A DNA stretch of 63,869 bases, the filler included, from Octopus bimaculoides (taxonomy: Eukaryota): NCBI RefSeq assembly GCF_001194135.2. It is 5 parts of 5 records of this genome, joined end to end, with 100 filler letters (N's around TTAATTAATTAA, not from the genome) between each part and the next. Parts side by side here need not be neighbours in the genome. Positions count along the whole stretch, not along the records: positions 42,629 to 53,037 come from NC_068985.1; positions 53,138 to 63,869 come from NC_068989.1; 3 more parts are not named here. One strand, 5' to 3'. The translations under genes and the position numbers were made by a program. A model generated the notes under the pieces. It saw only the letters and a program-made list of their open reading frames with translations, made no database searches and was not told where the DNA came from. This document shows positions 51,847 to 62,549 of this stretch, piece by piece (position 1 is the stretch's first letter; every line of letters begins with the position of its first letter).

Positions 51847-51934
51847 GTGTTATGCAATTGTGATATGCAATTGTGTTATGCAATTGTGTTATGCAATTGT
51901 GTTATGCAATTGTGTTATGCAATTGTGATATGCA
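51847..51934. repeat. 13-bp minisatellite (GTGTTATGCAATT), about 6.8 copies
   Basis: Direct reading. Two units carry a T>A variant. Confidence 0.95.
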
Positions 51935-52218
51935 CAATTACAATGGCTTTAAAGAAAAGGTTCAGTGCTGATTTCAAAGACACAGCTTGATATTCATTGA
52001 ATTAGCTCAACGGTGACTAAAAGATACCTCATCAGTTGCTAGTCAGTTGCAAATAGCGATGGATGTCTTACTCCGTATAAACCGTACTTTTAAAGACATG
52101 GGTCAGCCGTAGTAAGGACAAATATTAATATAGAATGTTTGAAAAATTTATAATGTCTCAGCTCTGTAGCGGTTGTGATCGAACAGCTTAATAGTTGTAA
52201 TGAAACAAGTCGGGAGTG

Positions 52219-52325
52219 TACATTATTTACATTATTTACATTATTTACATTATTTACATTTGACGGATATTTGTGCTCATCTTGTTTGTTGTTATCACAA
52301 CGTTTCGGCTGATATACTCTCCAGC
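52219..52325 (-). mobile_element. Inverted partial duplicate of the 3' part of the hammerhead-bearing element
   Basis: The reverse complement matches 52556-52644, with 4 substitutions and two extra 9-bp ATGTAAATA units. Confidence 0.92.
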
Positions 52326-52392
52326 GTAGTGGTTAAGAGCACGGGCTTCAAACCCCAAGATTCCGAGTTCGATTGCAGGCAGTGACCTGAGC

Positions 52393-52429
<37 letters not shown>

Positions 52430-52464
52430 GTAATAATAATAATAACAACAACAACAACAACAAC

Positions 52465-52505
<41 letters not shown>

Positions 52506-52674
52506 CTTAGGAATGAGAACCCAGTTTCGAAATTTCCCCAAGGCACCTGATGAAGGCTGGAGGGTATATCAGCCGAAACGTAGTGTTAACAACAAACAAG
52601 ATGAGGACAAATATCCGTCAAATGTAAATAATGTAAATAATGTATATAATTCTTCATCTCTCAAATACAGAACT
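52324..52674 (+). mobile_element. tRNA-headed SINE-like element carrying a hammerhead ribozyme (retrozyme, Sm-alpha or Penelope-dependent-like)
   Basis: A-box-like GCGTAGTGGTTAAG (52324-37), B-box-like GAGTTCGATTGC (52365-76), (AAT/AAC)n spacer, hammerhead, then an (ATGTAAATA)n tail. Confidence 0.7.
52542..52587 (+). ncRNA. Minimal type-I hammerhead ribozyme
   Basis: GGCAC-CUGAUGA-A-GGCUG-(GAGGGUAUAU)-CAGCC-GAAA-CG-UA^GUGUU: 5-bp stem I (two G-U pairs), 5-bp stem II, palindromic ACGU replacing stem III. Predicted cleavage after 52582. Confidence 0.8.
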
Positions 52675-53252
52675 CAGAAGTGTTTTAACGTAAAAAAATT
52701 TATCAGCATTGTCTGTAACGTCGACATATCAGACACTTGAATTTAGATCAGTCTGGTGGCCAAGGACATAACTAAATTGACATAAAACGCATCTGTTGTA
52801 GTTATTGAAGCACCTTAGTGGAAGTTGTACCGAAACTGGTAATCTTGACTATTATGACACCTCTAATTTTTAGTTGCATTGAAAAGAACTCAAATTTAAA
52901 TGTAACGAGATCTTAACTTTTCTAATGACACGACTGTGTAATACTCTTGTTAGAACTCAGTGGCGGTTATATTAATCTTGACTATTATGACACCTCTAAT
53001 TTTTAGTTGCATTGAAAAGAACTCAAATTTAAATGTANNNNNNNNNNNNNNNNNNNNNNNNNNNNNNNNNNNNNNNNNNNNTTAATTAATTAANNNNNNN
53101 NNNNNNNNNNNNNNNNNNNNNNNNNNNNNNNNNNNNNAATTAGAGTGAATATGAGACATTTTATTCAACATTCTAAGAACTCTGCCATTTTACCGCCTTC
53201 GAGACTTTAGTGTGATTGGAGGAAAATTCAACCGAGTGATTTTCTCCGAATA

Positions 53253-54510
53253 CGAGGTCTGATCAATAAGTATCCGGACCGGTGCTATAAAAACAAAACT
53301 ACAACACGTACCAATTTGGCATTTAATCTCCTTTAAAGTATTCCCTTTAGAGGCCACACACTTAATCCAGCACTGTTTCCATAGATGGAGGCATTCCTGG
53401 ATCTCGTTTTCTGGGATAATCAGCAGCTGCCTCGTCGCATTTCCTCGACGTTCTGAAATCTTCTTCCTTTCAACGGGATTTAATTTTTGGAAAGAGGATA
53501 AAGTCGCAAGGTGCAAGATCTGGGGAATACGGTGGCTGTCGGACCTAGGGAATGTGCCTAGCCAAAAACTGCTGCACAAGCTGCGCTGAATGGGCAGGTG
53601 CATTGTCATGGTGCAATTGCCACTCACCAGACATATGCAATTGTGGCCTTAGCATACCATACATGCTGCAAACGTCACGGTAGTACCCTTTGTTTTCTGA
53701 TTGATCAGGTGGTGCATGCTCATGATGAACAATCCCCTTGTAGTCGAAGAACATTCTCACATTGCTTCGATTCATTCATGCTTTCTTCGGTCACAGAGAG
53801 GTTGGAATCTTCCACTGCGAAAACTGAGCTATTTTTTTTCAGGGTCATAGCCATAGACCCACGATTCATCACCCGTTATAACCGTTTTAAAAAAGTTTTC
53901 ATCATTCTCGAGACAATCAAGGAGATCTTGTGCAACTGGAATCCGCGTGTCCTTTTGGTCAGCTGAAAGCAGTTTTGGCACTAACTTGGCAGACACGCAT
54001 CTCATACCCAAGTCTTCAGTAATAATGGACTGAACTGAACCGTAACTAATCTGCACATCCTCTGATAACTCACGGATGGTGATTCGACGATTTTCACAGC
54101 TGCACGCACATCTGCAATATTTTCCTCAGTTCTGCTGGTTGCCGGTCTCCGAGAACGTTCGTCCATCTTGGAAACGTCTGAACCACTCGTACATTTGTGT
54201 GAAATTCATACACTCATCTCCATATACTTTCTGCAACTTTGCGTAGGCCTCTGAGCAGGTATCGCCAAGCTTTTGAGAAACTTTATGCAGATTCTCTGCT
54301 CAAATTTCTCTGTCATGGTCAATGCGACGATCACACGCTACACACCTTTCTTCCAAGCACTGCTGTAAACAGTGGAAGGGAGCTAGAACGTTAAAACTTA
54401 GTTCACATGCACAACAGAGTTCATGGTCAATCTGTGCCGAGCAGCTTTATGCTGCGTGCTTTAGCTTCGTTACTATGGCAAAAGTCCGAACACTTATTGA
54501 TCAGACTACG
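53253..54510 (-). mobile_element. Full-length mariner element, 1258 bp (irritans-like, by inference), with a frameshifted transposase
   Basis: TIRs CGAGGTCTGATCAATAAGTATCCGGAC and GTCCGAACACTTATTGATCAGACTACG, TA on both sides. Protein pieces: MTEKFEQRICIKF, VSAKLVPKLL, VITGDESWVYGYDPE, LHHDNAPAH, PPYSPDLAPCDF. Confidence 0.95.
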
Positions 54511-54904
54511 TACATCTAGATTTAAGCCGCGTAGGTACCTGTGTGACAGAGCAACTTTCTGAAATATTCAGCGTTAGTTTGATCTACATTGCAAACATGG
54601 AATTCAACAGACAATTCTAAAATCTTCAGAAAACCGAATAGAAAAAGAAATATTACAAAAAGGGGACATTTTCCAGTGAATTCATATATCCGATACAAGG
54701 CTACGCGCATGACTGAACACAGAATGTCTTATTTTTATTTTCACCGTTGAATAGACTTGCTATAGTGAAATATGATAATACAATAAGTTAACACAAATGG
54801 TATCAATTTGAGTAGATGATTTGGAGACTGTAGGTTAAAGAGAGATGTAGGAAGGCGGTTATTCCAACAAACGTCAGCTATTTTCTTGGAATACAGCTAC
54901 ACGC

Positions 54905-54947
<43 letters not shown>

Positions 54948-55141
54948 ACATACACATACACGTCCACATACACACACACCACACGTATATGAATACATAT
55001 ATGTGAATATATACACATATATACATATATCTACATATATATAGCAGTATTTGTATATATACATACATGTATATACATACATATATACAAACATCCATAT
55101 ATGTATATATATATACATACGCACACATATATGTATATGTA

Positions 55142-55257
<116 letters not shown>

Positions 55258-55440
55258 TGCATGAGTGTGTGCGCGTGTATGTGTGCGTGTGTGTATCCGA
55301 TAAGTAGAGCATTAAATATCCATCATACCTGATCTCACCAATAGATTTCGCGTAAAAAATACAATGGAATGTTTGCTAACAGTCCGATTATCCAACATTA
55401 TTCTCATCAGAGTTAGCAGATATGGAAAGGAATATAAGTA

Positions 55441-55596
<156 letters not shown>

Positions 55597-55597
55597 A

Positions 55598-56072
55598 CGA
55601 GCTGACGTACCTGGTAATTCCTGGGAAGGCGGGGCTTATCCCTTGGTTCCATTCTCATAATTGTTTCGCTAATCCAATAACAACAATAAAAGGTAGGTAG
55701 CCCTTAAAAGGTTTTTGTGCATTTACAGAGAATACTAAACTGTCTTAAATAGGATCTTGTTATGAATTCCCAATAAGTTATGAATACCTAGATTGTGAAG
55801 TCGGTTATGTAATAGCATGAAATTAGATACCAGATAGTAAGAATTCAAATAAAGTAGACCCGAAAAGGGCTTTAATGCGTTCCCAGAGTATATAGAACTT
55901 GAGAGGAAATACTAATAAGGTATGTATACTAAAATCGTGAAGCATGTTACGTAATAACAGGCTAATCGGATATGGGATAATAATAATTCAAAGTAAACGA
56001 CTCTGAAAAGGGCTTTGTGTGTTCCCAGAGAATATTACCCTCAGCGGCGCTAGTGTTGGTATATTCATGAAT
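55598..56072 (-). mobile_element. Second copy of the 19823-20299 Helitron-like family
   Basis: The reverse complement shares ATTCA.GAATATACCAACAC.AGCGCC..TGAGGGTAATATT.TCTGGGAAC and the terminal GAACCAAGGGATAAG.CCCGC.TTCCC..GAATTACC.G.T..GTCAGCT.GTATATA. Confidence 0.7.
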
Positions 56073-56484
56073 AAGTCACTAATCGAAATTAGTGGATCTA
56101 TTGTTTAGGAAAATACTATTTACTTGTTTAAGAGTTTTACTGGATAAATTGCGAAAGTAAATCTAACAGTTCAAATACTAAGAAATAAGCATACTCAATT
56201 TGATTTATACCAAATGACTTAGGAAAATGAATGAGTTATTTCCCTTGGCTGTTAAAATGAAATATATTAGATATATATAAGGATCCCTTCCAGGATCGCT
56301 ATTATCAATTTTTCAACAATCTGGGTATGCCATGAGGTTGCCAGACATGGCTTCTACTCACGTGTCAAGTTTCATCAAAATCGATAAAACGATACAGGAG
56401 AAGTTAGTTTAAAACTCCACAAACACACCCAGAGACAGAATTTCCCACATATGTAGTNNNNNNNNNNATATATATATATATATA

Positions 56485-56586
56485 CACCAGAAGTTACAGA
56501 GTGATTCAAGGCCCGAGAGTTTTGTGCGTTGATATGAACCAACGCACGAAGCTCTCGTATCTTGAGTCACTCTGTTACTTCCGCTG
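56485..56586. mobile_element. 102-bp fold-back MITE (Tc1/mariner-type ends)
   Basis: 47-nt inverted arms (38/47 identical) around an 8-nt loop, TA on both sides, CAG/CAC termini. Confidence 0.75.
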
Positions 56587-56684
56587 TATATCAATAAGAT
56601 ACACATGTACTCACAATTTGAGTTCTATTTTTTTCTGTTTACACCAACGCACCTGTATGCATGTATATATACATACATACATAC

Positions 56685-56771
<87 letters not shown>

Positions 56772-57285
56772 CAGACAGACGTACGTAAATACAACACAGA
56801 CATACACAGACGCGCACATGCACATATACACATGTATACACAGATAGATTGATAGATACACAGGCAGAAAAACAAACAGACAGAAAGATAAGTTCGAAAA
56901 TCTTCAACCGGAAATCATCTCAGTACAATATTTACTCAAAAATCAATCAGTTTTTATTGAGTTGTAATTGTTTTACAATATATTGTAGGAAATAGCAGTG
57001 TTATATATACATATAGATAGATATGTATATATGCATTGTGTGCGTGTGTGTGTGTTTCTTTGTTTGTGTGTGTGTTTGTGCGGGTGTGGCTGCGGGTGTG
57101 TGTTTCTACACACGTATATTCATACGTACATACGTTTATACATACATTACTTTTCTGTTCACCCACAAATATACTGTATAAGTTGACTTTGTGTTTTCAT
57201 TCGTTGCTCCGTTGCAACATCAGCACACCAGTGTTGCCTAAAAGATTTTATACGTTCTACATTACCATACACACACGCGCATACA

Positions 57286-57342
<57 letters not shown>

Positions 57343-57349
57343 TATCTTT

Positions 57350-57545
57350 TAACTTTTACTTAGTTCAGTTATTTGACTGCGGCCATGCTGGGGCACCACT
57401 TTGAAAGGTTTTTTTTTTCAGTCGCACAGATCGACCCACAGGACTTATTTTTCTATCGGTTCCATTTGCCGAACCGCTAAGATATGGGACGTAAATACAC
57501 CAACACCGGTTGTCAAGCGGTGATGGGAGACAAACACAGGCACAA
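57350..57545 (-). mobile_element. SINE family B, 3' half
   Basis: TTGACTGCGGCCATGCTGGGGCACC...GCCGAACCGCTAAG...CGGTTGTCAAGCGG. Confidence 0.88.
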
Positions 57546-58017
57546 AGACATACACACACATTCATACACGCATATACACACATATATATAAATCAAAACA
57601 GTTTGATTCAAATTCGTTGATATTCCGAGTTTAAAGCGTAATGCTAATCTTCAGACATTTTAAAATTGAATGAGAAATGTTGATTATCATTACGGTAAGG
57701 TGGGCTCCGATTAGTCGAGGAAGGTCATTTGATTTTATAGTTTGAATAAATATATCTGTTAAAATTGCGAAAGTAAATCTAACAGTTCAAATACTAAGAA
57801 ATAAGCGTAGTCAATTTGATTTATACCAAATGATTTAGGAAAATGAATGGGTTATTTCCCTTGGCTGTTAAAATGAAATATATTAGATATATATAAGGAT
57901 CCCTTCCAGGATCCCTATTATCGATTTCTTTTCAACAATATGAGTATGCTATGAGGTTGCCAGACATGGCTTCTATTCACTTGTCAAGTTTCATCAAAAT
58001 CGATAAAACGATTTTAG

Positions 58018-58086
58018 AAGAATGAGATATCATTGTTATTTTCATTTTTGCGCAATTTAAACCTTGGTTGATTCACGGCACCCTGT
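58018..58086 (+). mobile_element. Right-end fragment related to the DD37D element at 44.6-45.6 kb
   Basis: AATGAGAT.TCA.TGTTATTTTCATTTTTG.G.AATTTA matches 45570-45610. It ends CACGGCACCCTG-TA. Confidence 0.65.
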
Positions 58087-58109
58087 ATATATATATATAT
58101 ATATATATA

Positions 58110-58300
58110 TGGGAGAATATACAAGAAATAACAACAGACGAGGACAGGTGGTGTAAATAACAAAAGTATATATTAGTATGACGCTCGGGAATACGGAAAG
58201 TCTTTGACGTTTCGAGCTACGCTCTTCAACAGAAAGAATACGGAGACAAGGAGAAAAACACGGAGAAAAAAAATTGAATAGTGTTCAGTCAACGGTCAAT
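58110..58300 (-). mobile_element. Small repeat family F (second copy) with a hammerhead-like motif
   Basis: Homologous to 13800-13930. Confidence 0.65.
58201..58237 (-). ncRNA. Minimal type-I hammerhead motif with variant core CUGUUGA
   Basis: UCUUU-CUGUUGA-A-GAGC-GUA-GCUC-GAAA-CG-UC^AAAGA: perfect 5-bp stem I and 4-bp stem II, with A6 replaced by U. Confidence 0.6.
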
Positions 58301-58670
58301 CATNNNNNNNNNNNNNNNNNNNNNNNNNNNNNNNNNNNNNNNNNNNNNNNNNNNNNNNNNNNNNNNNNNNNNNNNNNNNNNNNNNNNNNNNNNNNNNNNN
58401 NNNNNNNNNNNNNNNNNNNNNNNNNNNNNNNNNNNNNNNNNNNNNNNNNNNNNNNNNNNNNNNNNNNNNNNNNNNNNNNNNNNNNNNNNNNNNNNNNNNN
58501 NNNNNNNNNNNNNNNNNNNNNNNNNNNNNNNNNNNNNNNNNNNNNNNNNNNNNNNNNNNNNNNNNNNNNNNNNNNNNNNNNNNNNNNNNNNNNNNNNNNN
58601 NNNNNNNNNNNNNNNNNNNNNNNNNNNNNNNNNNNNNNNNNNNNNNNNNNNNNNNNNNNNNNNNNNNNNN

Positions 58671-58704
<34 letters not shown>

Positions 58705-58708
<4 letters not shown>

Positions 58709-58860
58709 GGCGGGCTTCTTTCAGTTTCCGTCTACCAAATCCACACATAAGCTTTTGGTCGTCCTGAAGCTCTACTTGAAGACACTCCCCCAAGGTGTCA
58801 CGCAGTGGGACTGAACTCGGATCAACGTAGTTGGGAATCAAACTTCTCATCACACAGCTA
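58705..58860 (-). mobile_element. SINE family B, 5' half
   Basis: CGGGCTTCTTTCAGTTTCCGTCTACCAAATCCAC...CGCAGTGGGACTGAAC. Confidence 0.9.
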
Positions 58861-59648
58861 CATGTGTGTCGTGGTGTGTGTGTGTATGTGTGTTTGCGTG
58901 CGTGTGTGTGTGTAGTCCTAAGTAGTAGACATACACACATTTCAATTTTACCTATTTATCAATAGATTGAAACAAAACCATTATAAACAATCTTCGTCGA
59001 TCTTCGACCCTACTACGGGCCTCAGAAACGAATATGGAAAAATAGATCTCATGTATTTAATATTTAGCTGTAAAGGCACGTAACTCAACCACCGATAGTT
59101 TCGTGTGGCTATAAAAACAAGTTAAAATATAATATAAATTACAATGTTTCTTATAATATAGAAGAAAATGCGACTGTTCGCGACGCTTCTATCAAAACAC
59201 GGATTTGGGCATCACGTGATAAAGCAATGCTTTCAAAATCTGCTTGATAGCCTTCATATGTACACACATATGTATAACATATGTGTACATATGTGTCTTT
59301 GTTTATTTGGATATGTATGTATCTGTACATACATACATACATACATACATACATACATACATACATACACTCACACACACACATGTACATACATACACTC
59401 ACACACACATATACATATACACACATACAGACATACGTAGTCTGCACGTTTTTGTTGTGTTTTCATTTTACCTTTTTGTCCTGGTTCTTGCTTCTGTGTG
59501 GAAATATGTACATGTCTACATATGTTCAAATACAGAGATCAATATATGTATATCTGCATATTGCTGCAAATGTATGTTCATGCATATATTTGTGTGTGTG
59601 TGTGTGTGTGTGTGTGTCTGTGTCTGTGCGTGTGCGTGTACATGCGTG

Positions 59649-59699
<51 letters not shown>

Positions 59700-60299
59700 G
59701 TGTGTGCAAATTCTGGGTACTCGGGCTAGGAATATGTAACTCGAGTGCTGGAGTAGCAATTCTTATACATACGCTCACACATACGTATGTATATATGTAT
59801 ATATGCATGTATGTAGTTATTTATCTCAACAGGCCTGTCAACCTGTCAAACCTATAAGAAATGTGTCAGAACACCACATACATTCTTGTCTTGTAATACT
59901 TTCTCGGTCCCAAAGGCCTGACTGGGGTTGACGCAATTTAGGCTTGTAAAATTAACAAAAATATTTCTTTCATCCTCGTATTAAAACGTGACGTGTGCTA
60001 ACAAAAGTCCGCACCAAATATGATGTATATTCTTTTAAATCTCAAATGATTTGAATTCAATATTCTTAACGTATATAATTCAGTTACAACATTGTAACTT
60101 AAAATATTGACTTATATGTTGCGGATCTTAACGAAAGTTTAATGATCCCAACTCGGGCTTATGCAGGTCAAGTGTTTAATACATGCAAACTTTGTTGACA
60201 TCAACTGTATGTGAAAATGTTTGAAAAGCTCTGCATTGAAGTTTAAACTTTTGGAGCTCTCATTTGGTGTTTAATGCATACTAACTGCTATTAGTGAGT

Positions 60300-61430
60300 T
60301 GTCAAAGCTTGAAAATGTATTATTATATCTTTACAAAGAATTGACATTGCGTGGTCATAACGAAGGAAATGTAAAAGATATACTTTACAAAAAAGTTGTC
60401 ATGAGTTACTGGAGTTCATTATTAAAATAGGTAGTCTTTGCATCAAACTTCTGCCAAAAGAAAATCAAAACATTTTCCAGATGTTTCAAAATACAATAAA
60501 AATGACATTATATCTACAAGTGATGGTGTAATAGCTGACGTAATTTGTACAGAAGGTGAAAAATGCTCCATTTATATCAGTGCAAGCAGACGATATTACC
60601 AACTGTGTAATGTATGTCTGCCTTTCCATTATCGTCAGGTATGTATCTGAATGCAAAACAAGTGAAAGGTTATTTTTTTCTTTTTGCATGATCTTATGAT
60701 GTAAGTATTGATTAAACGCATCGAAATTGACTGTTGTGGTGGAAGATATCTTGAACATCAGCCAAATGAACGAACGAAGACCAGCTGCTGTGATGCAAGA
60801 CATACAAACAAAATCGGAGAAAGAGTTTGAATACAGCGATCTTTTTCATTGTTATGCACTTAAGCTTGACCTAGTTTTGAGTTGAATTATTATAAAAAAA
60901 AAGGCCAACGGAATTCTAATCTTATTTTATCTTTTAATTTTTATTTATATATTCATTTTATTTACAACCTTAGTAAACTTATTTCTTCGAGTTCAAAACG
61001 GAAAAGTGTCTTGCGAGATTTCAATATCTGCATTCCATTACTGTGCAATATCAAGCATTACTATAGGTCAAAGTGATTCGCGTAGAGTTCAAACATGCAT
61101 TTCAAAATATAGAAACTGATAATCTATTGGCATAATTGAAAGACTTCACTTTCATATTTTTTACAAATTGTTTTCATGGCAGGTTGTCGCAAGTTGTACA
61201 GTGTAAATAGCGTGACTTGAATTATGCTAAATCATATTATTCAATATGCTGAAAATCGTTGTAAGGATGAAGATTATGAAACACTGGTCAATATACAAGA
61301 TACAAACACTGAACGACTGAATGCCTTCAATCATTGTACGTCACAAAAGTACAAGAAGAATGCAATGCATCGTACTACTTAAGATGTTTTAAACAGCAAA
61401 TGGCTATGAGGGTTCACCCAAGCAAAATTG
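60300..61430 (+). pseudogene. Highly decayed hAT-superfamily transposase
   Basis: Fragments across frames: LTLRGHNEG, APFISVQADDITNC..LSIIVRYV, FHCYALKLDLVL, SSSSKRKSVL..IPLLCN, LKDFTFIFF. These follow the order of hAT motifs (RGH-E, DE-TD...RYV, CxxH-LNL). Confidence 0.7.
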
Positions 61431-61629
61431 GAATCAAAGGGGTCGATAGGCAAAAATGGTTGAGAATGACAAGCTATTACAGGAATTTGCTATAAAATCA
61501 AAACACTTGGAATTTGCATTAATTGAAATATTCATTTCATGTACGTAATGTATGTTTTTACTCTTCCTTGTGAAGTCCGTTCTATGTGAATGAATTGCTG
61601 ATTTTACGCTAGAAAACCCTTTCAAACAA

Positions 61630-61770
61630 TTTCCAGTTTGCTTCCCAACCATATGGTTCCAGGTTCAGTCCCACTTGGACAAGTGACTTTTACTATAGCT
61701 CCAGACCGAGCAAAGTCTTATGAGTGGATTTGGTAGATAGAAACTGAAAGAAGCCTGTTGCTATTCGTAT
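61630..61770 (+). mobile_element. SINE family B, 5' half before a gap
   Basis: CCAACCATATGGTTCCAGGTTCAGTCCCAC...TGAGTGGATTTGGTAGATAGAAACTGAAAGAAGCC. Confidence 0.88.
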
Positions 61771-62516
61771 ATACATGCATATATATATANNNNNNNNNNN
61801 NNNNNNNNNNNNNNNNNNNNNNNNNNNNNNNNNNNNNNNNNNNNNNNNNNNNNNNNNNNNNNNNNNNNNNNNNNNNNNNNNNNNNNNNNNNNNNNNNNNN
61901 NNNNNNNNNNNNNNNNNNNNNNNNNNNNNNNNNNNNNNNNNNNNNNNNNNNNNNNNNNNNNNNNNNNNNNNNNNNNNNNNNNNNNNNNNNNNNNNNNNNN
62001 NNNNNNNNNNNNNNNNNNNNNNNNNNNNNNNNNNNNNNNNNNNNNNNNNNNNNNNNNNNNNNNNNNNNNNNNNNNNNNNNNNNNNNNNNNNNNNNNNNNN
62101 NNNNNNNNNNNNNNNNNNNNNNNNNNNNNNNNNNNNNNNNNNNNNNNNNNNNNNNNNNNNNNNNNNNNNNNNNNNNNNNNNNNNNNNNNNNNNNNNNNNN
62201 NNNNNNNNNNNNNNNNNNNNNNNNNNNNNNNNNNNNNNNNNNNNNNNNNNNNNNNNNNNNNNNNNNNNNNNNNNGAAATGCTATGAAGAATTTTGCCCAG
62301 TGTTCTAACGATTCTTCTAGCTCGCCGCCTTAAGTAAAATTTATAAATTATCACCCATGATAATTTAGTCGTGATACCTCACTCACCACTTGGCTGGGGG
62401 CTAGGCATAACAAGTACTAAAAAAAAAGGACGTCACAAGAAAAGGTTAAGAACCATTACTTACAACTAAGTAATTTGTGTGTGTGTGTGTGTGTGTATGC
62501 GCGTGTGTGTGTATGC

Positions 62517-62549
<33 letters not shown>

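Larger units (their letters stand above)
56146..58012 (+). repeat. Direct repeat pair of about 250 bp: 56146-56393 and 57762-58012
   Basis: Near-identical from AAATTGCGAAAGTAAATC to GTCAAGTTTCATCAAAATCGATAAAACGAT. Confidence 0.9.

Noticed and set aside
52840-53037. Direct repeat of about 65 bp (52840-52905 and 52973-53037)
   Set aside because: The second copy ends exactly at a linker gap. It is likely a contig-end artefact or trivial tandem duplication.
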